Assembly (NCBI GenBank): GCA_053919585.1
Contig: CM132796.1
DNA length: 64,000 bases
Direction: 5' to 3' (one strand)
From: Euprymna scolopes
Taxonomy: Eukaryota
The notes beneath the pieces were generated by a model, which worked only from the letters and a program-made list of their open reading frames with translations, had not been told where the DNA came from and searched no databases. Position numbers and translations under genes: made by a program. Positions 12,190 through 25,900 of the stretch are shown here, one piece after another. Numbering within the stretch: the stretch's first letter is position 1; the number at the start of each line of letters is the position of its first letter.

Positions 12190-12486
12190 AAATTTTGTAG
12201 AATTCTGCAATTNNNNNNNNNNNNNNNNNNNNNNNNNNNNNNNNNNNNNNNNNNNNNNNNNNNNNNNNNNNNNNNNNNNNNNNNNNNNNNNNNNNNNNNN
12301 NNNNNNNNNNNNNNNNNNNNNNNNNNNNNNNNNNNNNNNNNNNNNNNNNNNNNNNNNNNNNNNNNNNNNNNNNNNNNNNNNNNNNNNNNNNNNNNNNNNN
12401 NNNNNNNNNNNNNNNNNNNNNNNNNNNNNNNNNNNNNNNNNNNNNNNNNNNNNNNNNNNNNNNNNNNNNNNNNNNNNNNNNNNNNA

Positions 12487-12960
12487 AATGCCCTTTCGTA
12501 TAAATAATTGAACTCATTCCAAAAGTGTCGCTAACAACAACAAATAAAATCATTTACATAAAAACGCGATGCAGTTATTAGTCGAACGAGGTTAGGCGCG
12601 TATTAGAGGTTTAAGCTTCTTATCATGGGGTCCTAATTTCGAATCTCGTTAGAGTCAGCTACTATGATGGATTGTAGACAGCGAAACACGTGTCATTGCG
12701 TAATTGTATTTTAAAAAATAATATATATGTAAATCCCAACTAAGGTGTACCGAATTATCTGGGAGAAAATTATTCTCAACTCGCATTTAGGTAAAAATAC
12801 TCTTTCGTGTAAATAAGTGAACTCATTCCAAAGACATGGCTAACACACCAAAAAACAAAACAAACAAACATCTACATAAAGACGGCATACATATAAATAT
12901 TTGAACTCATTCAAAATGTATCGCTAACAAAATCAAATAAAAAATCTATATTTATATATG
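12487..12960 (+). repeat. Degenerate tRNA-head plus hammerhead-like unit flanked by direct repeats (310-bp period)
   Basis: taaataa-tgaactcattccaaa...gctaaca recurs at ~12499, ~12809 and ~12894. B-box-like ttcgaatctc at ~12638; atgatgg...GAAACACGTGTC at 12664-12694. Confidence 0.45.
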
Positions 12961-13624
12961 AGCCTTTAAAATACCTGTTAAATTGCAAAATCCAACAAAA
13001 GGTATGAATGGCAGGCGTAAGTCCAAGTACTTTTTGACGCAAGGACGAATATACATATTTACTTAAAAATCGGTTCATTTTTAATTATCTCTCAGGCAAA
13101 AGTGTTAAATGCTTTTCAAGGCAACTAACTCAGATTTTTTAGATTTTCTTCTGAAACCCCTACTATATTTTGGTACAGTATATAAACCCTTAAACAATTT
13201 GCTCTATAATAAATGATAAATACGGAATCGGCATAAAGGGAAATATCTTTCTAAAGTGTATTTTGCTACTAGAAAAATCTAGCGTTCTCCTATCAATGTA
13301 TAAAACGTAACATCAAGAATACATCTGTAATTTTCTTAATTAATCACGTATGCATCCAACAAATTTCGAAGATGATACCTATAATTATATAATACTCTGT
13401 TTTTATAATTGCTCCTGGTGCAATCGTCTTTCTTAAATTTGGAAACACCCGATTGTAAATAGCTATAAATATAAATATAATATAATATTAATATCTCTAA
13501 TTTCTACAGATGTATCTCTTTATATTTCTATGCGTTAATAATTCCGATAATATACTTTTTAATATAAATTTATACGTGAATATTTTAATATAATTTTACA
13601 TGCAATTATTAGTCTTTGATTCAT

Positions 13625-15188
13625 CATCATCGTTACGAGTTACTTCATTGCTGAAGATTGCTCGTCAGCGTTTCGCTGCTTTATTTTACGGTGTTGTAAC
13701 ACTTCACGCTCAATGTGAAACCTTTCTCATCAAGTGGTACATGTATAGTTTCTAGGGTTGTGCCTTTGTTACTGGTTTTATTTATTTATTTCGACCTTGC
13801 CTATATTATTGGATCTATTTTTTCATTTGTGTTATGAAAGCTGGTGCGCCAGCAACTTCAGTCTGTGCTATCATTCCCCAATCTTTCGTTTTCACATTCA
13901 TTGCCTTTGGGTGGCGCTTTATTACATGCTTTTAGCGGAGATTCTACCACAATTATGTATCCATTCTCCAATTTTCTTTATAATAGGATTTTGGGGATGC
14001 GATTGTTTTCCATTCTGACCACATTCCCAATCCATCGCAGTGGTGTAGTGGTGAGTACGACTTTTGTGCTGTCTATATTGGCCTTTTTGAGTAATTCAAC
14101 ATTTGGTATAAAATCGTTACATTTAATTGTCATAATTTGTCTTACATAGCGCTGTTATGTTATTTCACCCTCTTTCTGTGCGCGCTGTACGATGTGTAGG
14201 TTTTTTTTCGGATATGATAGACCAGGCAATACCACTACACTATGAATTGTGTATTTTGTTTTAGTCTAATACCAGTCCTTGACCATAATCGTTTTTTTTT
14301 TCTATTTTTCCGAATGAAGCGCACGACCTCTAGATGCGGCATCCTATCTCTCTGATTGCACGGGCGTTGATAGTCAGTGTAATTCCCACGTACTTAAAGT
14401 CTGTTACCACCTTTAATTCCTCACTGTTTATCATGCTCCATCGTCCTCATGGGTATATATTGTCATGTGATTATTAGTATATTACCTCAGTTTTCTCTGT
14501 AGTTCCGTAAAGATTTTCTGTGGCATTCTACAAAACGAGTTTACCATGCTTTGTGTCACTAAGGCGGTTTCATCTTTAAATATCAGTTCTGCTATCAGCT
14601 CGTTTTGAGTCATTATTATTGCGCTCAGTCGTGTCAAGTTGAACAGTTTGCCGTCAAATCTTGAGCGAATAAAGACGCATTCGTTCGTGTATGGATGAAG
14701 CTCTATTAGTACCGTCAGGTCAACAAAAAGGTAAAACGCGTTGGTGCAAGTACATGTCCTTGTGTTGTATCCTGATTCACCTCTATCTAATCACTCCCTT
14801 ATTTGTCCATTGACACCCTCTCTCTTGTGCCTTCATAAACCGTTTAACAATTTCAATAAAGTAATCTGGACATCCAAATAATTTAATTGCTCCTCATACC
14901 ATGTTTATGTCAACTGTGTACAAAAGCTTTTCAGAAGTTATTGAAGACAACATAAAGATGTTGGTGCTGTTCAATAGCATTTATTAAGAGTTGTGTTAGG
15001 CAAAGGATTATGTCAATTGTTGATTTCTCCTGCGTGAAGTCTCATTGTGATTCAGTGAGTACATTTGCTGCCAGGCCTGGGAGATTTTTTAAAAGTTTTC
15101 TTTCATGATCTGACTTGCTATGGATAGGAGAGATAAACCCTTATAATTACTGCAGTTTTTGTGGTCACTCTTGTTCGTATATATGACT
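13625..15188 (-). mobile_element. Decayed RTE-clade (BovB-like) LINE, RT domain to 3' end
   Basis: Minus-strand peptides IYTNKSDHKNCSNYKGLSLLSIA, VLTESQ..STIDIILCLTQL, QGHVLAPT, RSRFDGKLFNLTRL and ELKVVTDFKYVG, with many stops and frameshifts. Short (GAT)n tail. Confidence 0.9.
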
Positions 15189-15189
15189 G

Positions 15190-15720
15190 GCTCCACGATA
15201 AAGATAGAGAAACCAAAATGAACATCTCAGAACGTAACACGGCCATCAAATTAAGCAAACATTGTTTGTTTGTTTTTTAAAGCGACGGCAGGTTTCCAAC
15301 GAAACTTTAGGGAGATAGATAAAAATTACTGGCTCCATAAGGAAAAAATGATGCAAATGTTGGTAGATAAAACAAAATCTGCTGGACTGTTAAAATCCCT
15401 GAATTATGTGTATGGGCTCAAGTTTCAAATGAGCTATACGTTACTGTTATCAGATGGATTAATTACACTAACTGAAAACGACCAAGTGAAAATAATATGT
15501 TGATAGGTATATCAACATGGAATCATCTACAGAGGATAATGCTCTAGACCGCATCAAAGCCATTCGACCTCAAATAAACAATAAACCAACGGTGGAGGAA
15601 TTGTTAGATGCAAAATAAATAAATCAATAAGTCCCAAGAGGTCGGGCATATCCCTGCTGAACTCTATGAGGTAGGGCAAAAAATTATAAGCAAACTAATT
15701 TACTTGCTGTTTGATATACA
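15190..15720 (+). mobile_element. Inverted 5' segment of the same RTE LINE (region between EN and RT)
   Basis: QRNFREIDKNYWLHK..MQMLVD..LKSLNYVYG..LLLSDG, PTVEELLDA and IPAELYEVG match the RTE-BovB region just upstream of the RT. Confidence 0.8.
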
Positions 15721-16774
15721 CACATCCGCGTGCATATGCTTACATGTAAAAAAATTAAATTATTTACATATTCCAACTAATTAGAGAAAGACATTGATGC
15801 GAGCATAACGGGGTGTGAGAACACCAAAGCAACCAATTCTACCAGGATATTTTTTCGTTGTCAGAGGGTTTTTTTTAAATAAAAAGTATTTAAATACTAC
15901 TACGCAAATTTCAATATGTTATAATGGTATCCGATGGCAAAAGAAAAAATACAAATAAAGCGATAATTTACACCGTATTTAAAAATTAAAAAAAAACCCT
16001 GACGATAGCAAATGCCAACAAAGAAACAAATCTCTAGAAATGAACTTTTTTATTGTTAATGTTGCCCCTGCACCATTACGATACACTCGAGTTAATATCT
16101 GTCATGACGCTTGTGATCTCCGACGTTGTTTGNNNNNNNNNNNNNNNNNNNNNNNNNNNNNNNNNNNNNNNNNNNNNNNNNNNNNNNNNNNNNNNNNNNN
16201 NNNNNNNNNNNNNNNNNNNNNNNNNNNNNNNNNNNNNNNNNNNNNNNNNNNNNNNNNNNNNNNNNNNNNNNNNNNNNNNNNNNNNNNNNNNNNNNNNNNN
16301 NNNNNNNNNNNNNNNNNTCATGCAACATTCTATATGAGTAATTTAAGCAAAGAATTTAAAGAAGAGGAATTATATGCAGCTTCGTTATTTGATGGCTCAG
16401 GGATTTCAGCGATTAATACAAACTTTTATACAAACATAATTATAGATTGTTACAATGGAAGAAATGAGTTCGATGAATTTTCCCGCAAAGAAATTGAATA
16501 TTTATAACTTGTGCTAAATTAATTACATTGATATTAATGAAATGTTTGCCTCCACCAAAAGTTTCACTCATAAAACAATATATTTAGCATTTATAGCTGA
16601 TTTATGAGAACATCTGCAATGCAATTATGTTTCCCTTCCGTTATATCGCTGAAAAGATGACTTGTGGAAGCAATCACAATTTTAAATTGTAATAATACAT
16701 TATATAAACAGAAACACACTCAAACGCACATACACCCACCCACTCACACGCATGCACACACACACACATATATA

Positions 16775-16826
<52 letters not shown>

Positions 16827-17089
16827 CATATATGACTGCATGTATGCATAAATATGCGTGTGTGTGTTTGCGTATGTTGCAATAAATAAGAAAACCACCT
16901 ATCTGGTAGTCCAATTCTCACCAGATAAGCGTTAATTATACAGAGCTAATCCAAGTTAACTGCTACAATAGGTGACCCCTTCATAGGCTAATAACCACTT
17001 GAGGATTATGGTTAATTATGCACAAGCACTATTTAGAACTCGTGTTTATTGATAGAAAAAATTGTATTCAATCATTATGTACTCCATGA

Positions 17090-17540
17090 AAGACGATTTT
17101 TGTTAAAATGAGTTATCCCCTTCCTGGTAAAAAGACGATTCTTTGTGCGAGGTGAAAAGACGATTCTTTGTGCCAGGAGAAACCGGTCATTGAAAATCCT
17201 TCAACGTTCTCTTTGGAGAGAAGAATGGGCATCCATTTCATATTCCGGAAAACTGTTGGTAAGGGATTATGTGTGTCATTATTCCTTTTAAAATAACAGA
17301 GAAAACATTAAGTAATTCTGTGTCATTTACATATCGGGGATCATCATCTAGCTTTAGGAAATTAATCACCAGCATCGGACTTTAGAAAAGAATGTTGTTT
17401 TTTGTTAGTTTATCTGGTATACTTCCATATTGAATATGCTTGTGTATATCCTACATATTTAACAAATTATTTCAAACCCGATTAACGAGTTTGAGGAGCA
17501 TTAATTGGATATTGCGCAAAAAGACGGGTACAATCGAAAT
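17090..17540 (+). mobile_element. Possible highly decayed Penelope-like RT thumb region
   Basis: Weak peptide remnants only (IPFLV near 17115 and following residues); heavily disrupted. Confidence 0.25.
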
Positions 17541-17745
17541 ATGATTGCTTGTATGTTTTATTAGTATGTCCCAACTCGGTAAGTTCAAAGAAAATGTAAA
17601 ACCACAAAGTTATGTAACGTGTCTAAAGGTGAGATTATCTTAATTATACGTTTTCTGTAGCAGATAAGAATTATTTTACATGGGTGTAGGAGACACGTAA
17701 CCATCGTGATGATACTGAAAATACTACTTAGATATTACTTACTCT

Positions 17746-18105
17746 TGGCGCAGTGGTTAGAGTACTGGAGGAAATCAATTGTAAAAGTGATAATCTCCTT
17801 ATGGTTGAAGGTTTACTCCTAAATGAGGGCCACCGAGAAATACATTTGCAAATTATTTCGGACATCTATCCTGTCATGGCTGACAGAACAAGAACACGCT
17901 AGCCCCGTCAAATAAATAAAGGGCCCCGCTCGAAAGTCCCTCCAAATTCCCGAGTTCGATATAAACATTCGCCAGTTCGACAATGCACAACTGAAGAATG
18001 TTGGAGGTTATCTCAACCGAAAGTCACACCCAAAGTAAGAACCGCAGTCCAATGAATAATAGGACAAATAACCAATCCTCATCTCAAACATTTAGAAACG
18101 TCTTG
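17746..18105 (+). mobile_element. tRNA-headed SINE-like repeat with a degenerate hammerhead core
   Basis: A-box TGGCGCAGTGG; CTGAAGA-stem(gttggag/tctcaac)-GAAA at 17991-18022. Second copy at 59428-59735. Confidence 0.6.
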
Positions 18106-19507
18106 TAAAATATTATAATCAAGTAATTAAGTAATGTCTTAAGACTTAACATTTACTAGTAAATCACTCAGTTATAAAATAAACTTAAATATGCTATTTT
18201 AATGTGTGCAAATTTCGTAATTTATTATTATAAATCCAGTAATTTATTGAGTTTCATATTGTATCCAATTCAGAGTAATGCTCCTTCCCTCCCAGACGTT
18301 GAGAGGTCATTTTATCATTTCGATATAATATTTGGATCCATCCAAGGCTAGTATTCATTTTTATGGGCCCAATTATTTTTATTTTAAATTGCCCGAAATA
18401 TATTGCATATATATATACATGAACAACTTTGTTTCATGCACTTGAATTGAAACCAAAACGTTACTGTTTTTGCCACATTGAAGAAGGAGCTGCACTGAGC
18501 ACTCTACCCTGCCTTTCAGAGCTAAACAAAACAGTTTTGACACACAGTAAATTATTCCTTTTATTTTTCCCCATACACCAGAAGATACATTGCCCCTTTG
18601 TCTCTGCTTTATCGTCATATTTCGAGCAAGTGCTTGCCTGAGCATCGATGTACTTGCCAAACTTTCACAAAAAAACATTCACTTAAATACAGTTATTATC
18701 ACCAATCTCCCCAACTCTATATGCTTAAGTCTAAACGCAGGTTTCATGAACTTAACTTATTTTTGTAGAACCGTCCACTTGTGTACATCTGTCACGCTGG
18801 TCTGCTCTCCAGATAATTACAATATGGCCGTCATCAAGGTCACTTTAAACAAGTTCTTCTCTCGGTGTACGAACGGTGTAGAGCACCACAGCAATCACTG
18901 CCAAATGTTAACTTATACCATCTTTGGAGAACCGGTTGCATTCGAACCCGAACCCCGTTTATATGAAAATTAAAAAAAGAAGACAAGAAGAGTTATCGTT
19001 GTTCGATGCAATATAAAAGATCGCCATTTATTTGTTAGGACGAGGAGTGGCATTTTCATTTCGTGCACGACCTTATTTTTTACATTCACTACTTTGAGAA
19101 GAAACCAAAGTTTAATCGCGAAGCAAAAAACCACGAACACAATTTTAACGTCGTTCGGTGTAAGCCCGAACGTATTTATGTGAGCAATATAGGGATTCAT
19201 TCACGAAAAGAAAAGAAACATTATGGAAAATCTTTCAGTAGTGGACCATAAATAATTAAATATACAATATTCCCATTACGGAAGATTACTAAGCTAGTTT
19301 CATTGTACGTTGAACACCCATTAAAACATCAGAGTACATCTGATTAGTTGGCAAGTATTTTTTTTTATTAAGGCATGTTTAGCTTATTGATAGTCATAAT
19401 CTTTCTGTTAAGGTTTATGGCCGGAAAAAAACTAAATACATGTTAAAGTATTTAGTTCAAAAGTTATACTAGTACAAATATTTTATTTGGTAACAAGTTC
19501 TATTTAA

Positions 19508-19722
19508 TACAGTAGTTCCCGGGGATACGGCCTTAAAAATTAGTTAGCAAATACAGTATATTATAAAATACACATGTATATAATCAAATAACATTATAAA
19601 AAACTGTAAAGCGGGGCAAATATAGTAATCGGGGTCCAGAAAAAAAACATCACACTCAACATCGTAACCTGAACAAAAATAATACTGAATGACCGTATCC
19701 CGGGGTTCGATTCTACTACATA
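19508..19722. mobile_element. Small MITE with imperfect terminal inverted repeats
   Basis: ccggggatacgg at ~19519-19530 vs ccgtatcccgggg at ~19693-19705; ends tacagtag...ctactacata. Confidence 0.45.
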
Positions 19723-20762
19723 TAATCAATTAGAAGTTGCTTTACATACACACACAAATATATATATATATATATATATACATATAATAAAAGCATGAGA
19801 TCTAAAGTAGACAGACATAATTAATTATGTATGCGTCTACCATAGCATAAATTAGGCTTAAGTGTGTCATCATTTATTAAAACATCTACTTTTCGGTTCA
19901 GAAAATGTAAAATTATTTACCAATGTGGCACCTGATGCTTTCATAGGAACTAAATCATTTCAGATGGATAAAAAAGAAATCTGACCGAAATTCTAATTGA
20001 AAAGAACCCACGATTAATTGAAATACATTATTTAGAAAATGTCAGAAAAAGGCCAAATTCATTAGGAAAGGTCGCACAGGAAAAACCACAGTACTACAAA
20101 TAGCAGTGTCTGATGATTTATTTCGCTCACACATCGATGGAAAGTAGAATTTATAGCAGCGAAACCGTGTACCATCAAAAGGATTTTCATGCACGCCTCA
20201 GTTTCTCTAATCTGAAAGCTAATGTGTTTTATGAAGACCATTTTATAATTCAGACGTGGATTACTAATATGCTACAATTTCAAGAAAATGCTGGATAAAG
20301 AATTTAAATTGAAATATACATTTGTTTGTGAGCATGTATTTCTGAAAAATAACAGGAAGTAATAAACAATATATATTCTTACAAAATGTCTATTTTTTCG
20401 ATACAATTTAAAGATACATAAGGGACTGAATATGGGCAAAGTCCACTTTATTATTCGAATATTGCAGATTGGTATTTAATTTGAGTTATAGTCATTATAA
20501 ATAGTTTATGCAAAATTACCGTGAATTTGCTTGTATTTCAGATAGGTTTAATAATAAAACCATGTAGTAGATGTTAACTCTCAATCAGAATTCCAATTCA
20601 TAAACAACATTTATGTTGAATTATATTAAAAAGGACCTTACTAATCGGACAGAACATGTTTAATATATCTGCTATCGAGGACCAAATTTCCTGGTTCAAG
20701 GACGAATACTTTTACGTACAAGCAGGCTCCCACGTATACAACCACAAACATACATACATACG

Positions 20763-20793
<31 letters not shown>

Positions 20794-21030
20794 GTGTATA
20801 TATACATATGTATATATATAAATATGGGACATCATTTTATAAAATTAAGGTTTAAAATATAATAAAATCTATATATTTATATATTCATCACTCTCTCTCT
20901 CTCTCTCTTTCAGTCTCTCTATCTCTCTTTCTCTCTCTTGCTATATATAAGTATGTATTTGCTTTCATACGTTTTATTGAATTTAGCTCTTGGAGTATCA
21001 TTTTTAATGTGTAAGTAATGTTTTTTGGAG

Positions 21031-21084
<54 letters not shown>

Positions 21085-21086
<2 letters not shown>

Positions 21087-22395
21087 GATTGCTTTATTAT
21101 TCCAGAGGGTCGCCGTCACATTGTGTTCTCCCAATCTTGTCGCCCATGCCATCTAAGATGACTCTGCACTCCCACTTCAGATTTGCTCATATTGAAGCAA
21201 ATATGACATGCAAATTGAGCAATTTCCATCAGGTTGACTTCCCCTTGAGGTTGAAGAGTATTTCTTTGAACAATCACATGTCTTGTCAAACCAGCAGTAG
21301 ACTTGCAAATTTGATGCATGTTAAACAGATCGTTTGGTTCGGACTAATAGGTGCAAATTTTACCTGAACAGGAGTTTTCCCCGACTTAAAGTGGTTGACA
21401 GAATCAGTCGTTCAAAGTGTGGCATTTCCAGCTTTGTATGCCATGGTGAAGACCGTCAATTTAACCTTTTTTAAGCTTTCGTTTTATATTGTTTGTGCCC
21501 GCTTTCTTTTCTCTAGAGCATCACAACGTTCACGCACAAGATTTCACAACTTCGGCCCTTGCAGAGTAAGTTCCTCCCATGTGTCGATATCGATTTGTAA
21601 GACTTTCAAATTATTCTTTGTTGAGTCCATGAATCTCATACTAGGTTTGTGTTGTGGGCGCTTACCATTTTCCAGCTCCCCTTAAAAATTGTTTTGGCAG
21701 CCTACAATCTTTCATGCAAACCAAGTGGTCCACCTAACGCATGTGAGATCTGATTACAAGGGTCTCAACACAAGAGCAACATGCTCTCACAAGGACTTCA
21801 GTATCGTTGTACTTGTGCTTAATGTTTAAGATATGTCTTCAGCATTTTTGGTGAAATCGTTCAAGCCATTTAATGTGCCTTTGATGCAATGCTCATGTCT
21901 CCGATGAATACAACAGTGCGGTTATCGCACAGGTCTTGTAAACGACATTCTTAGTCTTGCCTGTGATGCCATCATGAGACTACACACTCTTCTTCAACCT
22001 TCCAAAAGCTATAGATGCCTTTTGAATTCGCGTGTTGACTTCAGTGTCGAAACAGCCATCCTTCGACAGAGAACTACCGAGGTACACGAACGAATCAGCT
22101 ACTCATAGTCTTGCACCAGAGACTATGATGTTCGTCTCCATGTATGACTGGCCCGGTGCAGGAGTGAACACAGCCTTTTTGTAAACAGACCAAAGGCAGT
22201 GCAGGAGTAAGCAAGTCTATTCATTATATGTTGCATATCAGTCTTAGTGTTCGACAAAAACAGCATCGTCTGCATACAGTAACTCCTTGGCCAAGACATG
22301 ATACAACTTGGATCTGGAATTAAATCTTCTAACATTAAAAATGCGACCTGTGGTTCGAAACGTTAACATAACACCCCTATCGCATCTCGAACGCA
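21085..22395 (-). mobile_element. 5'-truncated decayed RTE-clade LINE (RT C-terminus to 3' end)
   Basis: RTTGRIFNVRRF..KELLYADDAVF, MQHIMNRLAYSCTAFGL, DSFVYLGSSLS and EVNTRIQKASIAFGRL, plus a 3' C/H-rich tail. Confidence 0.92.
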
Positions 22396-22494
22396 TGAGC
22401 AAGTAGAGCAGCAAATATATATATAGGTGCCCGATGAAGTAAGATAAAGTGAGGATTGCAAGGTAGAGGTATAGTAGGACAAAAGTGTCATAAT

Positions 22495-22909
22495 GACCAA
22501 GCAATTGGGATATAATCGTCCGGATTGGTCGTCATTGACAAAGCCTAAAAAAACTGGCAGATGGTAAACTTTTCAGTACCCTGGGGCAGGAATGTGAGAG
22601 AAAAGAAGAACGAGAAGTGGAGCAATTATGATGCATTGACCTTGAAGATAAGGCGTATACACGGGGTTAAACCACAAATAATCCCGGACGCAGATGGTAC
22701 ACTAGGAGTAGTTTGGAAGGAGAACCGAAATAAACTAATAATCACTAATGTTTTACGTGTCTTTCAGACCTCTGCTATAGTAGGTCCCACCAACATACTT
22801 AGAAAAACCCTTGAGCTTTGAAGCGCCTGGTTTGGAGCCGGGATTGAGGGAAATCCTGTGGAAATGAACCCCATTCCTTTCCAGAGAGACATTGATGAAC
22901 GAAATAAGA

Positions 22910-22948
<39 letters not shown>

Positions 22949-22950
22949 TC
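22495..22950 (+). mobile_element. 3' end of an R4/Dong-clade LINE (restriction-like endonuclease) ending in (ATT)n
   Basis: NRPD..MVNFSVPWGRNVREKKNEKWSNYDAL..IIP..GTLG..FQTSAIVGPTNILRKTL matches the RLE motif PD..D..P..KE.EK..KY and the R4 C-terminus. Confidence 0.8.
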
Positions 22951-25900
22951 TATATATTAATATGCTTGTCCGTACGATGTCACGTCATCATCATCGCAAA
23001 CATTAATTAATGAAATAATGTGAATTATCTCCCTTTATTGTTCAATCTTTATTAGTTAAAAATCATTACACCCTTTCATTTCTCAAAACTTCCCGAAAAA
23101 AAAAATGAACTGTCTATTTATGGTTCCGGATTATTTTAAAGGCAATTATGCATAGAAGGTATTGTTCCACCGTTTAAATAGTATAGTATTTTACTTACAT
23201 TTTTAACGATGTATTCTGTTTATTATTGTAGTGTAATACGGAACGCTAATTCTATTTTATTCAGTAATTAATATAGTTTTTACATTTAACGACAATATCA
23301 ACAGCATCAGTTACGATCGCATTGACCTTCAATAAAAGTTTAAACTAAAGTTCTTTGTTTGTTCTACTTGCTTCCATACGTTCATTTTTGTAATAAAACA
23401 ATAAGGAATTTCTGACTGATGTGTTTTAAAAGATTTTAACTACCGTGGAATGCCCGCGAGTCCTGATAGTTATTATTAATAGTAGAAGTAGTAGTAGAAT
23501 TAGTAGGAGTTGTAGTAGTTTCTGCAATTTGTTTGTCTTTTACAGTAATACAAATACCCTTATATACTGACCAAATATGTATAATTGTGAGAAAAAGGAG
23601 CAATTTTTTTCGAAAAGGAAGGTACTGAATAGTTAAGAGAAATCCCCTTAATGTTAAAAAGGTTTTCTAAATAATGTGTTATTATGTAGAAAATAATCAC
23701 TGGCAGGAGACGGTTTTTCTTAACTATTCTCTTTCTACGCTGTCTCTTTTTTTTCTTTTCATACCAATAGTTGAGTAGTTCTTTTCTGAGTCGCCTACAT
23801 GCCAAGGCGACAAATTTCAATTCGCAATTTTCGCTTGCAAAAAAAAAAAAAAAAAAAAAAAAAAAACGCATAATGTAGTCAGTGCGCCAAAATGTATAAA
23901 GATCCTTGTAAAAATACACGTTATTCAATTTTGTTCTTTAGAGAAATATTCTCGGTGCACCACACATAGATTTATCAAAAAAACTTGGTTTTGTTTTAGA
24001 AGAAAAACATCGACTTTTATTCCGTTGTTGGATTTAAAAAATAATAAACATGGTTTTTCATGTCTAATTTTATGTTTATTCGCTAGATAAAAATGAATAA
24101 TATATCTTTTTTTCTGTAGAAATTTGTTTTTATGATGGAATGAAATTTGATGTAGTGGTGTACTTTTTGGCGTATGTTTTTGTGAACAAATACAACGGAT
24201 TGCTATCTAGAGTCCTAGCGTGCTGGCGCCCTTCGCCCCCCCCCCAAACAATTACAGATTATTTTACGGTAAATGTATATTCGATCCGAATGTTTAACTT
24301 TAAATACTAAAATAATTGCATTTTTTCCGCAAGATTTTCAAGGGTTCCACACGTAATCACCTATAAAATTAATATTTCATTTTGAAATGGGAATATAGCT
24401 CATAGAGTTAATCTATAAATTTGTCATTATGATCATTTCTTTTATTTATTTTTTTTTTTTTTGCATCTGGGATTTTTTACATCGAAACAAATAAATGTAA
24501 TAACCCTGCAAATTTTGATAATTAAAACACAACTTTAACTCCATTCATAATGATAAAGAAGAGAATAGTTAACTAAGTCCACGTCCTACGCACGTAAAGA
24601 ATAGTTTTGGAAATTGTAACATTATTATTTATAGATTTGTTCGTAACAGTTGGGGGGATTTGTTAACTATTTTGTTCATTCATCGTTTTGTCATTTTGCC
24701 TACCAATCATCGACTATTTTCAATACTTAATGCAAACTCATGTTATGCGCCAATGACCAAGAGATACCATCTGATTTTGTTTTAAAACAAAACAACTCTT
24801 TTGTGGTCTTACAATATTCAATCAATTACCAGAAAAATACTTTAGAAAAATATATGCGAAAATATATATCCCGGTGTTTATGTAATAATTTGAAAATTTA
24901 CAAGAAAACGACAAATCTCAAAGTAAATTGTTATAAAGTAACAAATAATATGAATCGGAAACGGGGATCAGAAATTCACAACGGAATTTGTAATTATATC
25001 GGAATCCGGAAACAATTTTGAATTGTCCCATCACTAATATATGTGTAANNNNNNNNNNNNNNNNNNNNNNNNNNNNNNNNNNNNNNNNNNNNNNNNNNNN
25101 NNNNNNNNNNNNNNNNNNNNNNNNNNNNNNNNNNNNNNNNNNNNNNNNNNNNNNNNNNNNNNNNNNNNNNNNNNNNNNNNNNNNNNNNNNNNNNNNNNNN
25201 NNNNNNNNNNNNNNNNNNNNNNNNNNNCCACCGATATTCTGAATCGACAGTACTTGGGTCTAGCGGCAAAATGAAGAGCGAGACAACGCCGACATAAGCA
25301 GAGAGTTCATGCATTATCCGTAATTCCGAAATCGTCACCTATTTATATAGGAAATTTTACTTATAACCTTGTCGGGCCTTAAATGACCCCAGGGTCGGAT
25401 GTTAGAATTGACACCTGGCCTTGGAAGTCAGGAGAATTAGTAATTCAAATTTCAGGATTGGAATTCTACCCACGCAAAACCCTAACAGCTTTCGATTTCG
25501 TGTCGAAATCTTATTGGCCGGGAGAACTTCCACCCCATCCACATACCGTACTATATATACGACTGTTGTGCGAAAATAAGAGAAAGTGAAGAGTTTCCAG
25601 ATCAGTTAGAGTTGGGAGTTGAGCAGATTGCTTGTTAAATCCGAGAAGAGACGTGACCTCTCCCCACCTCATCCATCCGTCTGTCGCCGTATGTGAAGAG
25701 ATTATATACGTTGGAAACACTTACTTCGAATTGAATGAGAATTGTAAAAACATTTTTGTACATACTTTTCTGAAAATTAATCTTCTGTAGATAGACTACA
25801 ATCGTCGTCTTTCAGCATACCAGATTTCATGTAACAACCTCCAAGACGTCTAGATGACACGTGCCGAGAATTCTAGAGAACTAGGAGTCCTTAACCACCT

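Noticed and set aside
16040-16507. 155-aa ORF spanning an N gap
   Set aside because: The middle is unknown sequence, and the flanks have no recognisable domain or clear splice sites.
18430-18960. Possible LINE endonuclease remnant on the minus strand
   Set aside because: No catalytic motif (GDFN, SDH) could be read confidently.
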